Origin: an uncultured delta proteobacterium
GTDB taxonomy: Bacteria; Myxococcota_A; Polyangia; Polyangiales; B10-G4
Direction: 5' to 3'
Length of the DNA: 64,000 nt
Assembly: GCA_963727445.1 (NCBI GenBank)
Contig: CAVSGI010000008.1
Span: 192,001 to 256,000 of the forward strand
The notes beneath the pieces are model-generated. The model was not told where the DNA came from and searched no databases. It saw only the letters and a program-made list of their open reading frames with translations. This document shows, piece by piece, positions 22,497 to 32,595 of this stretch; positions within the stretch are counted from its first letter, which is position 1, and each line of letters begins with the position of its first letter. Position numbers and translations under genes: made by a program.

Positions 22497-23294
22497 ATGA
22501 CTCGCTTGATCTCGATTCTTCTTCTCGTCTCCGCATCCCACTTCGCCCTCGCCTGCACCGAGGACGACGGCGGCCCCTACCTGTCGGACACCGGCACGAC
22601 CGGCGACACCGGCACGAGCATGGACACCGGCACGGGCATGGACACCGGCACGACCGGCGACACCGGCACGACCGGCGACACCGGCACGACCGGCGACACC
22701 GGCACCGCTGCAGACAGCAGCGTCATGTACCCGGACAGCGGCATGGGCGACCCGGAGTGGGTCGACCTCACCCTCGGGCCGACCGGCACGTGCACGACCT
22801 TCACGCCCTGCGGCGGCGACATCGTGGGCAGCTGGGACCTGACGGGCGGGTGCTTCGAGGACGACCTCGACTCGACGATCAGCGCCTGCCCCGGCGCGAT
22901 GGTCACGAGCCGCACCGGCCGCGGCCGCGGGCGCGTCGTCTTCCCGGCGACCGGCCCGGCGCATCGCGTCGCCGAGAGCGAGATCGAGTACCAGCTCTAT
23001 TATCCGTCGGGCTGCGCCGCCATCTACAGCTGCGCCATGCTCGAGGCGGCGATCGCGCCCTACGTCGACACCGTCTCGTGCCCCGTCGAAGCCAGCGGCG
23101 ACTGCACATGCACCGCGAACCTGCGGACGGTCATCGACCAGCGCGACACCTACACCACCGACATGAATCAGATCGTCGGCACCACCAGCGGCAAGCGCTG
23201 GGACTACTGCGTCGACGGCGACACGCTCACCTACAAAGACACCGACACCAGCGCCGCCGGCGAGCCGGGCATCATCGAGCTCGGCCGGAACTGA
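22497..23294 (+). CDS. Lipoprotein with DTGTTG linker and Cys-containing domain
   Basis: Lipobox ALAC; TPCGGDIVGSW...DYCVDGDTL; TATCTT 6 nt before ATG. Confidence 0.85.
   Translation: MTRLISILLLVSASHFALACTEDDGGPYLSDTGTTGDTGTSMDTGTGMDTGTTGDTGTTGDTGTTGDTGTAADSSVMYPDSGMGDPEWVDLTLGPTGTCTTFTPCGGDIVGSWDLTGGCFEDDLDSTISACPGAMVTSRTGRGRGRVVFPATGPAHRVAESEIEYQLYYPSGCAAIYSCAMLEAAIAPYVDTVSCPVEASGDCTCTANLRTVIDQRDTYTTDMNQIVGTTSGKRWDYCVDGDTLTYKDTDTSAAGEPGIIELGRN
22587..22706 (+). repeat. 18-bp coding tandem repeat (DTGTTG), about 6-7 units
   Basis: gacaccggcacgaccggc units. Confidence 0.9.
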
Positions 23295-23297
23295 GCC

Positions 23298-24023
23298 TCA
23301 TTCTTCGAGCACGACCTCGAAGAGCCACCCTTCTCCATCGGTGCAGACGAAGAGTCGGCCCTCGTCGTCGAAGGTGATGCCCTCCGGGATGTCGCCTTCG
23401 TCGGCGTCGAGGGTGTAGACGCACACGAGCTCGAGCTCTTCTCCTTCGACGGCGAGCTCCGCGATCGCGTTCTCCTTGCCGCTGAGCACCAGCAAGTGAC
23501 CGGAGCGCGGGTGGACCGTCACGTCGTTGAGGTCGTCGAGGGCCTTGCGCGCCGCCTTCGGCAGCCGCAGCGTCGCGCGCTCCTCGAGCGACTCGACATC
23601 GAAGAAGCCGACGCGTCGCGGCTTCGCCTGATGGACCGCCACCAACTCGCCCCGCTCGGGGTGAAAGGCGATCCCTTCCCAGCCCGCGTTCTTCTTCTTG
23701 CCGATGCGGGAGAGCCTGCCGAGCCGGTCTCCCGCGTGGAGCGCGTCGTCCTCGAGCGCGTAGCGCCACACGCTCCCATCGCGCTCCGCCAGCACGAACG
23801 CCGAGCGCCCGCGCGCGCCCACACAGATCCCCTCGAGGTCCGACAGCCCCGCCCCCGCCTCCAGCGCCACCGGGTCCGACGCGATCGCGCAGCGAAAGAT
23901 CCCGGCCTCGTCGTCCACCACCAGGAAGCGCCCCTCGCCGAGCGGTGCCACCGCGCTCGCCTCCTGCACCCCGAGCGCCCAGCGCCCCACGACCCTGGCC
24001 TTACCGCTCTCCCCTTTTCCCAT
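23298..24023 (-). CDS. SdiA-regulated/YjiK-like beta-propeller protein
   Basis: Repeated DLEGI, GWEGIAF, IPEGITFD blade motifs. Confidence 0.8.
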   Translation of the reverse strand: MGKGESGKARVVGRWALGVQEASAVAPLGEGRFLVVDDEAGIFRCAIASDPVALEAGAGLSDLEGICVGARGRSAFVLAERDGSVWRYALEDDALHAGDRLGRLSRIGKKKNAGWEGIAFHPERGELVAVHQAKPRRVGFFDVESLEERATLRLPKAARKALDDLNDVTVHPRSGHLLVLSGKENAIAELAVEGEELELVCVYTLDADEGDIPEGITFDDEGRLFVCTDGEGWLFEVVLEE

Positions 24024-24064
24024 CGCGCGATTGTGCCCACCCCGCGCCGAAGCCCACCACCCCC

Positions 24065-24093
24065 TTGCCGACCCATCCCCGACCGGTTACATA
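24065..24093 (+). promoter_or_regulatory. Sigma70-type promoter of tRNA-Glu
   Basis: TTGCCG-17 bp-TACATA. Confidence 0.55.
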
Positions 24094-24133
24094 GGCCGCC
24101 CAGCGGAGGCCCCGGCCTCCACACCAACCAATA

Positions 24134-24207
24134 GTCCCCATCGTCTAGCTGGCCCAGGACACCGGCCTTTCACGCCGGCGACGCGGGTTCAAATCCCGCT
24201 GGGGACG
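24134..24207 (+). tRNA. tRNA-Glu (UUC), CCA not encoded
   Basis: GTCCCCA/TGGGGAC acceptor stem, CCGGC-CTTTCAC-GCCGG anticodon arm, GTTCAAATC T-loop. Confidence 0.96.
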
Positions 24208-24237
24208 CTGTTGCTATCGCAACTCATGCCATGAGAA
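24199..24237 (+). repeat. 39-bp direct repeat, left copy, overlapping the tRNA-Glu 3' end
   Basis: ctggggacgctgttgctatcgcaactcatgccatgagaa, identical to 26326-26364. Confidence 0.95.
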
Positions 24238-24271
24238 GCGTTCGTCAAGAGTGGCGGACGCTTCTCATGGC
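24228..24271 (+). terminator. Long hairpin downstream of tRNA-Glu (no U-tract, terminator role uncertain)
   Basis: 14-bp perfect IR gccatgagaagcgt/acgcttctcatggc, extendable to 20 bp with G-U pairs, loop agag. Confidence 0.5.
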
Positions 24272-24374
24272 GCCAGCGTGGCACCCCTCATTGCGGGCAG
24301 TTGCCTGAACCTCACGCCCGCAGCGCCGATCTCAGCCTTTCGAGAAATGCGGGGGGGGGAGTAAGATCGAGTCC

Positions 24375-25667
24375 ATGCGGCATTCGGCCCTCTGTTCATC
24401 CTTGTGCTGTGTCCTGCTCTTGTCCGCTTGCGGCGACGACGGGGGCGGAGGTGACGGAAGCGTAGGCGACGGCGGCATGGACGCCGCGAGCGACGGCGGT
24501 GTGGACGCCGCGGGCGACGGGACGGTCGGCGATGGGGCGACTGACGACGGGACGGTCGGGGCATGCAACGGGCTTGGAGAAATCTGCGCCACCAGCGCCG
24601 AGTGCTGCGGCGGCGCCGCGTGCGAGATGACGCCCGCCGGCCTCGCCTGCGTCGCGGCCGACGTCTGCGCCGCCGCGGGTCAGCCGTGCGCTGTCGCGGC
24701 GGACTGCTGCTCACTCGGCTGCAACGGCGGAACCTGTGGCGACACGGCCTGCGCCGTGGCTGAGGATCCCTGCACCGACGACAGCCACTGCTGCTCGAAT
24801 CGCTGCGAGGGTGGCGCCTGCGTCCTGGCCGGGGAGTGTCGCCCGGCAGGTGAGAGCTGCACGGCGGACGGCGCGTGCTGCGCCGCGCGCTGCGGCGATG
24901 ACGGTCGCTGCCTGGCCGGCGGCCGCTGTCGGGTCGAAGGCGAGATCTGCACCGCGGGTGCCGACTGCTGTAACGGCCAGTGCGACAGCGGTCGCTGCGC
25001 CGTGCTCAGCGAGTGCGACCCGGTGGGCGAGGCCTGCATGGTGTCGGGCGAGTGCTGCTCGCGCGCATGCGCGGACGACGGGACTGGCTTCACCTCGTGC
25101 CAGTTCCTCGGCGGCTGCCGCCCCTACGGCGAGCTCTGCCGCGAGGACTCGGACTGCTGCAACGAGCCGGCAGGCATGATGGTCTGCGAGCTCATCGGCG
25201 ACACCGGCATCGGCCGCTGCGGCAACCCTGGCGGCTGCGCGCCCGCGGGAGAGGTCTGCGCGGTGTCGGGTGATCCGATGGGTTCGAACGAGTGCTGCCC
25301 GGGCATGCCCGACGGCATGGAGCTCTGCCGACCCACCGGCATCGCCGAGGTCTCCCGCTGCCAGGGCGAGGGGGTGCGCGACATGTGCCTCGCCGACGGC
25401 GAGGAGTGCGCGACGCCGGACGAGTGCTGCGGCGGCATCTGCGTGCCCGACTCGATGGGCGTCCTGCGCTGCGGCGCGATGTGCATCGAAGACGGCGGCG
25501 CATGTACTCGGGACGCGGACTGCTGTGGTGGCTACTGCACGGATGGCATCTGCGCGCCGCCGGTGGTGATGTGCCTGCCGCTCGGCGCCGCGTGCACCGA
25601 CAGCTCCGAATGCTGCTCCGGCTACTGTGATCCCGACACGATGGTCTGCTCCACGACGCTGATCTGA
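24375..25667 (+). CDS. Cys-rich repeat lipoprotein (G-x-x-C-x5-CC modules)
   Basis: Lipobox LLSAC, DGG linker, many GE.C.....CC...C...C units. Confidence 0.88.
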   Translation: MRHSALCSSLCCVLLLSACGDDGGGGDGSVGDGGMDAASDGGVDAAGDGTVGDGATDDGTVGACNGLGEICATSAECCGGAACEMTPAGLACVAADVCAAAGQPCAVAADCCSLGCNGGTCGDTACAVAEDPCTDDSHCCSNRCEGGACVLAGECRPAGESCTADGACCAARCGDDGRCLAGGRCRVEGEICTAGADCCNGQCDSGRCAVLSECDPVGEACMVSGECCSRACADDGTGFTSCQFLGGCRPYGELCREDSDCCNEPAGMMVCELIGDTGIGRCGNPGGCAPAGEVCAVSGDPMGSNECCPGMPDGMELCRPTGIAEVSRCQGEGVRDMCLADGEECATPDECCGGICVPDSMGVLRCGAMCIEDGGACTRDADCCGGYCTDGICAPPVVMCLPLGAACTDSSECCSGYCDPDTMVCSTTLI

Positions 25668-25668
25668 G

Positions 25669-26124
25669 ATGATGAAGCTGCTCGTGTCGACCGTGACGCT
25701 CGTGGCCGCGCTCTTCGCGGGCGGCTGCCACGGATCCGAGTGCGAAGGCGACTGCGAGTGCCGCGGCACCGAGTGTCAATGTCCATCGAGCGGCGACTGC
25801 CTGGTCGATTGCGCGGCCGACTGCGACCTGGCCTGCACCGGGAGCGGCGATTGCGACTTCGTCTGTGGACCCGACTGCGCCGCCTCCTGCCCCGGGAGCG
25901 GCATGTGCCTGCTGGACGTGGGCGCCGCCAGCTCGGTGAGCTGCACCGGCAGCGGCGGCTGCGACGTCGCCTGTCACGGCGACTGCACCGTCGACTGCCC
26001 GGGAAGCGGCGTGTGCGTCGCTCGCTGCGCCGAGGGAGCCGTTTGCACCTTCGACCGCTGCTCGGGCGAGGTGGTGGAGTGCCCGGGCCGGGTCCAGGTG
26101 TGTAACGGTAGCTGCCCGCCGTAG
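25669..26124 (+). CDS. Small Cys-rich lipoprotein with CxGSGxC repeats
   Basis: Lipobox FAGGC; 27 Cys in 151 aa. Confidence 0.85.
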   Translation: MMKLLVSTVTLVAALFAGGCHGSECEGDCECRGTECQCPSSGDCLVDCAADCDLACTGSGDCDFVCGPDCAASCPGSGMCLLDVGAASSVSCTGSGGCDVACHGDCTVDCPGSGVCVARCAEGAVCTFDRCSGEVVECPGRVQVCNGSCPP

Positions 26125-26325
26125 CTTGCTCATGCGGGCGACTGACCGGGCGCTACGCCGCGAGCCGAACCGGGAGAGTCCCCACCGCCACGGCGTCCCG
26201 AGATCGCACAGCGGTTCCCCACGCGGCCAGCCAAGGTGGTACACGCCGGCCCGTAAACGTCGAGAGGGTGTTCGCGTCCTCAGGCAACGAGCCGAATCGA
26301 GAACGTCATATCGAGCGGTGACCCT

Positions 26326-26364
26326 CTGGGGACGCTGTTGCTATCGCAACTCATGCCATGAGAA
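26326..26364 (+). repeat. 39-bp direct repeat, right copy
   Basis: Identical to 24199-24237. Confidence 0.95.
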
Positions 26365-26468
26365 CGGTTGGGTCGCGCGGATGGGGACGTGTCGTTGACT
26401 TTCGTGACTTGCGCTCGCGTCGCGCTCGTTTGTAGCGAGCGCGCGCAACGGCCGTGATAGAAAGAGGC

Positions 26469-27475
26469 ATGCGCACGGTGACCGCGCAGATCGCGCTCCG
26501 TTTCGCGGCCGCCTCGGAAGGGCCCGAGACTCTCGATGCGCTGCTGCGGCCTCTCGGGCTCAGCGCCGACCTGGATACTGCGAAGGCGCTCACCCAGGCC
26601 GTCGCCGCGGACGCCTACTACAATCTGCTCGAACGGGCGGCCGGCCCGGACGATGCGGGCCTGCCATTGCGCTATGGCGCGTCGGTGCGACCGGAGGACT
26701 TCGGCGCCATGGGTCTCGCGCTCAAGACCGCCTTCACCGTCCGCGAGGCCCTCGAGCGGGTCGTCCGCTACATCTCGGTACTCTCCGACACCCTGGAGTA
26801 CCGGCTGCGCGAGGAGGCCAGCCGCACCAGCTTCCACCTGCTCGGGCGAGCCGCCTCCCGTCGCGGGGCGCGGCTCGCGAACGAGGGCGCGCTGGCGGCT
26901 CTGGTCTCCCTCCTTCGGCAGGTGGCCACCGCATCCGTCGACCCGGTGTCCGTGCGCTTCCGTCACCCGGCGCCGAGCACGATCGCGCCCCACCGAGCGC
27001 ACTTCCGATGTTCCGTCCGCTTCGACGCCGACGCCGACGCGATCGACTTCGATGCCGACACCATCGCGCTCGAGACCCGGCTCGGCGACGCCGGGCTCAG
27101 CGCGTTCCTGCTGGCCGAGCTCGAGCAGCTCCGCGATCGGCGGGCCGAGCGCTCCCTCGCGGAGCAGGTGCGCGATGCGATCACCGACGCTCTGTGCGAG
27201 GGAGTGCCCGACCGGCAACGGATCGCGCGCCGGCTCGCCATGAGCGAGCGGACCCTTCACCGGCGGCTCCAGGAAGAGGGGCTCGCCTATCGTGCCTTGG
27301 TCGACCAGGCGCGTCGCTCCACTGCCGAGGCGCTGCTCGTGCTTCCCGATCACACCCTGGCGGAAGTGGCCTTCCTCACCGGCTTCTCGGACCAGAGCGC
27401 CTTCTCCCGCGCCTTCAAGCGCGGTCCGGTCAGACGCCGGGGGCCTTTCGGGACGCCGTGGTCGCCACGTCCTGA
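26469..27475 (+). CDS. AraC family regulator (frameshift near 27424)
   Basis: IARRLAMSERTLHRRLQEEG, LAEVAFLTGFSDQSAFSRAFKR, then SGQTPGAFR in another frame. Confidence 0.9.
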
Positions 27476-27574
27476 CCGCGGCGGTCAACGGACTGGCCGG
27501 CAGGGTCAAGAAGAATCGCCGCGCGCCCTCTAGGGTGGATCGCATCCCGTCGACCCTTTCCTGGAGCAATCCCA

Positions 27575-28251
27575 ATGACCGCTCGTACTTCTCTGCCCCG
27601 TATCGCCCGCTGGACCGGAGCCGCCTATCTCGGCGTGGTCTTCTGCGGCATCTTCGCCGAGTTCTTCGTGCGCCAATCGCTCGTCGTCCCTGGTGACGCG
27701 CTCGCCACCGCGACCGCCATCGCCGAGTCGTCTCGCTACTTCGCGCTGGGCATCGGCGCCGATGTGCTCGACGATCGTGCTCGACGTCGGCGTCGCTCTC
27801 GGTCTCTACCGGCTGCTCTCACCCGTCCATCGCCCGCTGGCGATCGCCGCCACGGCCTTCCGGCTGCTACAGGCGTCGATCCTCGCGGCGAATCTCTCGC
27901 AACCTCACCGAGGCGCTGAGCCGCGCATCCGATCCGGCGCTCGCCTCGCAGGCGCTCGCGGCGGTCGAGACCCACGCCCTCTTCTACGACGTCGGTCTGA
28001 TCCCCTTCGGCCTGGCCTGCCTGACCCTGGGACCCCTGCTTCGTCGCGCCGGTGGACCGCGCTGGATTGCCCTGGCGCTCTCGGCGACCGGGCTGGTCTA
28101 TCTGGTCGGCTCCTTCGGCGCCGTCTTCGCGCCCGCCGTCTCGGCGACTCTCGACCCGCTCTACGCCCTCGCCATCGTCGCCGAGCCCGCGGTCGCCATC
28201 TGGCTGATCGCACGCGCGGGTCGGTGGGCGCAGGTGCCGGCGTACTGCTAG
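27575..28251 (+). CDS. DUF4386-like membrane protein (frameshifted)
   Basis: GIFAEFFVRQSLVVPGDALATATAI; LDVGVALGLYRLLSPVHRPLA; YDVGLIPFGL; sits between AraC and an MDR dehydrogenase. Confidence 0.8.
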
Positions 28252-28415
28252 CAAGACGCGAGGGACTCCGCCGTGCGTGCGGCGGTTGAGGACGCGCTCG
28301 ACCACCTCCTCGGGAAGCTCGTCCACGAGGCTGTGCAGCTCGGCTCTCGTCGGGGTGCTCACTGTCGTGCCGGACACGGAGACATCGCGGGGCGGGACGT
28401 ACTACTGTGGCCACG

Positions 28416-29377
28416 ATGCGCGCGATTGTGAACCGACGATACGGGCCTCCCGACGTGATGCGGCTAGAGGAGGTTGCGGTGCCGACGCCAGCGGAGGGTC
28501 AGGTGCTGATTGAGGTTCGCGCGACCTCGGTGAACGCTTCGGACGTGGAGTTTCTCACCGCCCGGCCTTCCTACATTCGTGGGTTCGGCCTGCTGCGCCC
28601 GAAGTACGAAGTGCTCGGGTCGGACGTCGCGGGGACGGTCGTCGAGGTGGGCGCCGGTGTGAGCGAGTGGCGCGAAGGCGACGAGGTCTTCGGTGACCTG
28701 CTCTACTCCTTCGGCGGCTTCGCGGAGTACTGCGCGGCGCCCGCGTCGGAGCTGACGCGCAAGCCAGGCGGGCTCTCCTTCGAGGAGGCGGCTGCGCTCC
28801 CACAGTCGGCGGTGATCGGAGTGCAGGGGCTTCGAGACCAGGGCGTCACGGAGGGCACCGTGGTGGCGATCAACGGTGCGGGCGGCGGTGCGGGGACGTT
28901 CGCGGTGCAGATTGCGCGCCTCCTCGGGGCGGAGGTCACGGGCGTCGACTCCGCAGCGAAGCTCGACCGGATACGCGAGCTCGGCGCGGACCACGTGATC
29001 GACTACGCCGAGGCGGACTTCACCGCGACGCCGGCACGCTACGACCTGATCCTGGACCTCGTGGCCGCGCACTCCATGCGCGACTACCACCGAGCGCTGC
29101 GCCCGGGCGGGCGCTATCTGATGGTCGGCGGCCACGTCCCCAACCTCCTCGCGGTCAACACCATCGGCCGCCTCCTTCACGCGGCGACCGCACCCTCGAA
29201 TTGTGCGTCGTGACGCCCAACCGAGGGCTGGACTGGGTGCTCGAGCGTGTCGAAGCCGGTGAGATTCGCCCGGTGATCGACCGTTGCTACCCGCTCGAGC
29301 AGACCGCGGACGCCGTGCGCCACGTCGCGGAGGGACGAGCGTGCGGGAAGGTCGTCGTCACCTCCCGCGCTCCCTGA
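28416..29377 (+). CDS. NAD(P)-dependent MDR/quinone-oxidoreductase family protein (frameshift near 29190)
   Basis: YGPPDV, SVNASD, LGSDVAG, INGAGGGAG, LGADHVIDY, IRPVIDRCYPLE, GKVVV. Confidence 0.92.
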
Positions 29378-29551
29378 TCCGCCGCTCGACACCCGCTGTG
29401 TTGGCCTTCGTCGCGCGGCCGAGACGCCGCTGTTCCAGCGCACCTCGTTCCGAGCGTCCGCCATGAGGTCGAACGCCGTCGCCGCCCATGACCCAGCCAA
29501 CCTATCGGGGCCCCGGAGGTGGCACATGAGGCAAACACCCCAGGACCGGTC

Positions 29552-29602
29552 GCGCTTGCTTGTCAGGATCGTGGAACCACGTTCGTAGCGCTCGCGGATC
29601 AA
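29552..29602 (-). pseudogene. Short IstB-like (IS21 helper ATPase) remnant
   Basis: Reads LIRERYERGSTILTSKR, resembling the IstB RYERGSxIxTSN segment; no surrounding ORF. Confidence 0.55.
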
Positions 29603-30438
29603 CGCGCGGGACCGAGGCGGGCTCGCACGAGCGTCCAACGGTGGACGACGGCGCCTCGCTCGCCGCCTCGACGCACTATCACGCGGCCCGGGAGCGCGAA
29701 GCCCTCCACGGCGCGGTAGTCCTCGAACGTCACGCGGGCGACGACGAACGGAGCGATCGGCGCGCCCCGTCGAGTCGAAGCGGCGCACGAGGTGCTGCGC
29801 CCGATCGGTCCGACACGATGTACTGGTCCACGTCCATCTGCGGTGTGTCTGTCCCCCAAGAGGCGAAGATCCGCGCGTGCCCGTCGCGATCGGGGAGCGC
29901 GGCGAGCACGTCTGCGCTCTCCATGGAGAACGCGTACTCGAAGAGGTGGCGCACGGAATCGGCGAGCAGCCCGAGGCCGTCGCGCTCGACTCGGGTGTCG
30001 ATGGCGTGTGTCTCGCCATCGAGCACCATGGTCGCCACGCCATATTCCCGCGGGTCGTAGCGGAGGCGCAGGTGGACCTGCTCGTTCACGTCGCCGAAGG
30101 CGAGGCGCGCTGGAAGGAAGGGGATTTCTCCATCGAGCTCGAGCTCGACCCACTCGCGGTCGAGCCACGCCTCGCGCCCACCGTGCGCGGCCTGGGCCTG
30201 ATGGAGGTGCGCCCGCCCTTCGTCTGCGCTCCCCAGCGGCTCCGCACGGATGTCGCTCAGCAAGAGCGGGGTCTTCAAGACGACCGCACCCAACGCCATG
30301 ACGGCGACAAGGATTGACACGAGGGCGAAACCGATTCTTCCGACCGCGGGCAACCCATGGAGTCCCTCGACGCGTAGCGACGCGCCCGCCCGAGTCGCGG
30401 GGCGCCGGACCCGGCACCGAGGTCTTTTCCGTGAGCAT
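29599..30438 (-). CDS. Membrane-anchored hypothetical protein (frameshifted)
   Basis: TM helix, AHGGREAW, ASWGTDTPQMDVDQYI, VTFEDYRAVEGFALP across frames. Confidence 0.7.
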   Translation of the reverse strand: MLTEKTSVPGPAPRDSGGRVATRRGTPWVARGRKNRFRPRVNPCRRHGVGCGRLEDPALAERHPCGAAGERRRRAGAPPSGPGRARWARGVARPRVGRARARWRNPLPSSAPRLRRRERAGPPAPPLRPAGIWRGDHGARWRDTRHRHPSRARRPRAARRFRAPPLRVRVLHGERRRARRAPRSRRARADLRLLGDRHTADGRGPVHRVGPIGRSTSCAASTRRGAPIAPFVVARVTFEDYRAVEGFALPGRVIVRRGGERGAVVHRWTLVRARLGPAR

Positions 30439-30511
30439 GATCGGGAACTCCTGGCTTTTCGAACCGATTCGCACCAAAATATCCGAGTACGAGGAGCGGA
30501 GCCAGGGACAA

Positions 30512-31147
30512 GTGCGAGACGGTACAAAAAAGGTCGGTGACCGAAAGCGCGGGCGGCCGCGCTCCTTCGATGAGACCGAAGCGCTCGAACGGATCACGGA
30601 TCTCATTCTGGCGTCGCGGCTTCTCCGCGACGTCGCTGGACGAGATTTCTCGGACCTCGGGGTCCGCCGCCCGAGTCTCTACGCGACGTTCGGCGACAAG
30701 GAGTCGATGTACCTGAAGTCGCTCGACGCCTTCGTTGCTCGAATCCGTCTGGCGCTCGCCGAGCCAAAGAAGCGCGACGGCACGCTGGAACAGACGTTGA
30801 CCGGGATCTTCGACGCCCTGCTCTCCATTTACGAGAGCACCGGTGATGACGCTCCCAGCGCCCGTGGGTGCCTCCTCATCTGCACGGCCGCGTCCGAGGC
30901 GGGCGAGCGTCCGGCGGTGCGCGGCGCGCTAAACGCGCTGCTCGAGGGGATCGATCGACACTTCGCCGCACTGCTCGAGGCTGCGCGGCAACGAGGCGAG
31001 CTGCCCGACGACGTCGATGTCGAGGGGCGCGCAGCGGTCCTGGCGGCCACGGCGCACAGCCTGGCCCTACGCGCTCGCGCGGGCTCAACTCACGCCGCGC
31101 TGAAGCGGATCGCACGTACGGCCATCGCGCTCACGGTGGTCCCCTGA
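30512..31147 (+). CDS. TetR family regulator (compensating indels in the HTH)
   Basis: RGRPRSFDE, LGVRRPSLYATFGDKE, RGCLL; FWRRGFSATSLDEI appears in the alternate frame. Confidence 0.9.
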   Translation: MRDGTKKVGDRKRGRPRSFDETEALERITDLILASRLLRDVAGRDFSDLGVRRPSLYATFGDKESMYLKSLDAFVARIRLALAEPKKRDGTLEQTLTGIFDALLSIYESTGDDAPSARGCLLICTAASEAGERPAVRGALNALLEGIDRHFAALLEAARQRGELPDDVDVEGRAAVLAATAHSLALRARAGSTHAALKRIARTAIALTVVP

Positions 31148-31267
31148 GCCATGCCTGGGCACAGGCTGAAAGGACGAGCGCTGAGAACCCCCACCGGCGG
31201 CGGCGCGTCCGACGGCACGGTGGCTATCGTGAACATCCTCTCCGCGTCAGCGTCGGCGCCGACTGAG

Positions 31268-31919
31268 CTAGGAGGCCTCCCCGAGGAGCTCGAAGAGCGC
31301 CCGAATGTCCGCCCACTCCGATTCCGTGAGCGTCGTCAGCTCGTTCACCGTAGCGATTCGCGCTTGGCCCTGCTCGAGGTCCGTGACACCGAAGTCGGGA
31401 ACGCGCTTCGTCACGAGCTCGATGTTTCGTAGGAGCATGTTGAGAGCGGACTTCCGGGGCATGGATTGCATCGTGTGGAAGCCGACGAGGAGCGCGCAAG
31501 ACTCGAGGAGGCGTTTGCGCTCGGGGTCCTCGGCCCGCTGCGCTCCACCCTCGATGGCGTCTTCGCAAACGTAGTTGCTGTTCCAGGCCTCCCGAATGAT
31601 CGCGTCGAGGGCGGAGTCCGATCCGGGAAAGAGCCTCAGAGCGACCGCGAATCCCCGAGTGAACCCATCGGCGTCATCCGATTCTCTCGTGAACCAAGCT
31701 CGCCAGGCTGAGGACGACCGCTTCACTGACGCTCACCTCGTACCGGGCCGCAGCCTCGAGGGCGGTCACCGCCAACCGTCCCGCGCTGTCGGCGCTCTCG
31801 AATTCGTCTCGGGCCGCGATGACCGCCTCGATGAACGGCACATCATCCTTCGACAGCGACTCCAAACCTTCGAGGACCAAGTCCCAGTTGCGCGCCTCGA
31901 TGTCCGCTACGTTCCCCAT
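31268..31919 (-). CDS. Hypothetical protein (one frameshift near 31700)
   Basis: ORFs 31674-31919 and 31268-31726 overlap and read as one helical protein; AGGTGG upstream. Confidence 0.6.
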
Positions 31920-32099
31920 TTACTCGCCACCTTTCCCGGCCCGGCCAGCTCGGTGCGCTCGAAACCCATGCGCGAAGCTACGGCGCGCCGGCCGCAAGTC
32001 TTTCCTCGACCTTGCGAGAATATCGTTCGATGCGTTTGGCGCACTCTTCGACCCAGCGCCTTCGCCTTGCCGATGACCAGCGCCTTCCGGTGCCCGTGT

Positions 32100-32528
32100 C
32101 TAAGGCACGATCATCCCACCCGCCGAGCTGTTTCGGCACTGGCCCTCCCGACACACCGGCATGCACGCCCAGGGCCCGCACTGGTGAGGCCAGGGACATC
32201 CAGCCTCGTGAAAACGAGTGGTGATGGCGCGGAGTTGATCGGTCGTCGCGGAGTCGGTGATGCCGCCGCATCCGGCCTCGCCGATGACGGGGTCGAAGCA
32301 CCCGCACTCGTCGTCCTGCGTGCAGGATCCGGTGGCGGTGCGCAGGACGCGACCGAACTCTTCCTGAATCGCCCGGCACGGATCGGCGTCGCTCTCCTCG
32401 TCCGATGAGGGTGTGGACGGGGTCTGTGGCGGCGGTTGCGTCGACGGCTCCGCGGCGGGCTCCGCGCTTCGCTCGGAGCCGCATGCGATGACGAAGACGG
32501 CCAGAAGCAACGGACGGATCTTCATCAT
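32100..32528 (-). CDS. Small Cys-containing lipoprotein
   Basis: Lipobox VIAC; CTQDDECGC; TACACT 6 nt before the second ATG region. Confidence 0.8.
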   Translation of the reverse strand: MMKIRPLLLAVFVIACGSERSAEPAAEPSTQPPPQTPSTPSSDEESDADPCRAIQEEFGRVLRTATGSCTQDDECGCFDPVIGEAGCGGITDSATTDQLRAITTRFHEAGCPWPHQCGPWACMPVCREGQCRNSSAGGMIVP

Positions 32529-32595
32529 CGGCCGAGTGTAGCGGTATCGCGCTTCCCGTGGTCGATGAACCGAAGGCCTCCTGGTGAAGTCCGGA

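Larger units (their letters stand above)
24199..26364. mobile_element. Integrase-less islet at tRNA-Glu carrying two Cys-rich lipoprotein genes
   Basis: Bounded by identical 39-bp direct repeats that begin in the tRNA 3' end. Confidence 0.65.

Noticed and set aside
22587..22706. CRISPR-like or VNTR regulatory array (also 10150-10370)
   Set aside because: In-frame low-complexity linkers inside lipoprotein genes, with no spacers
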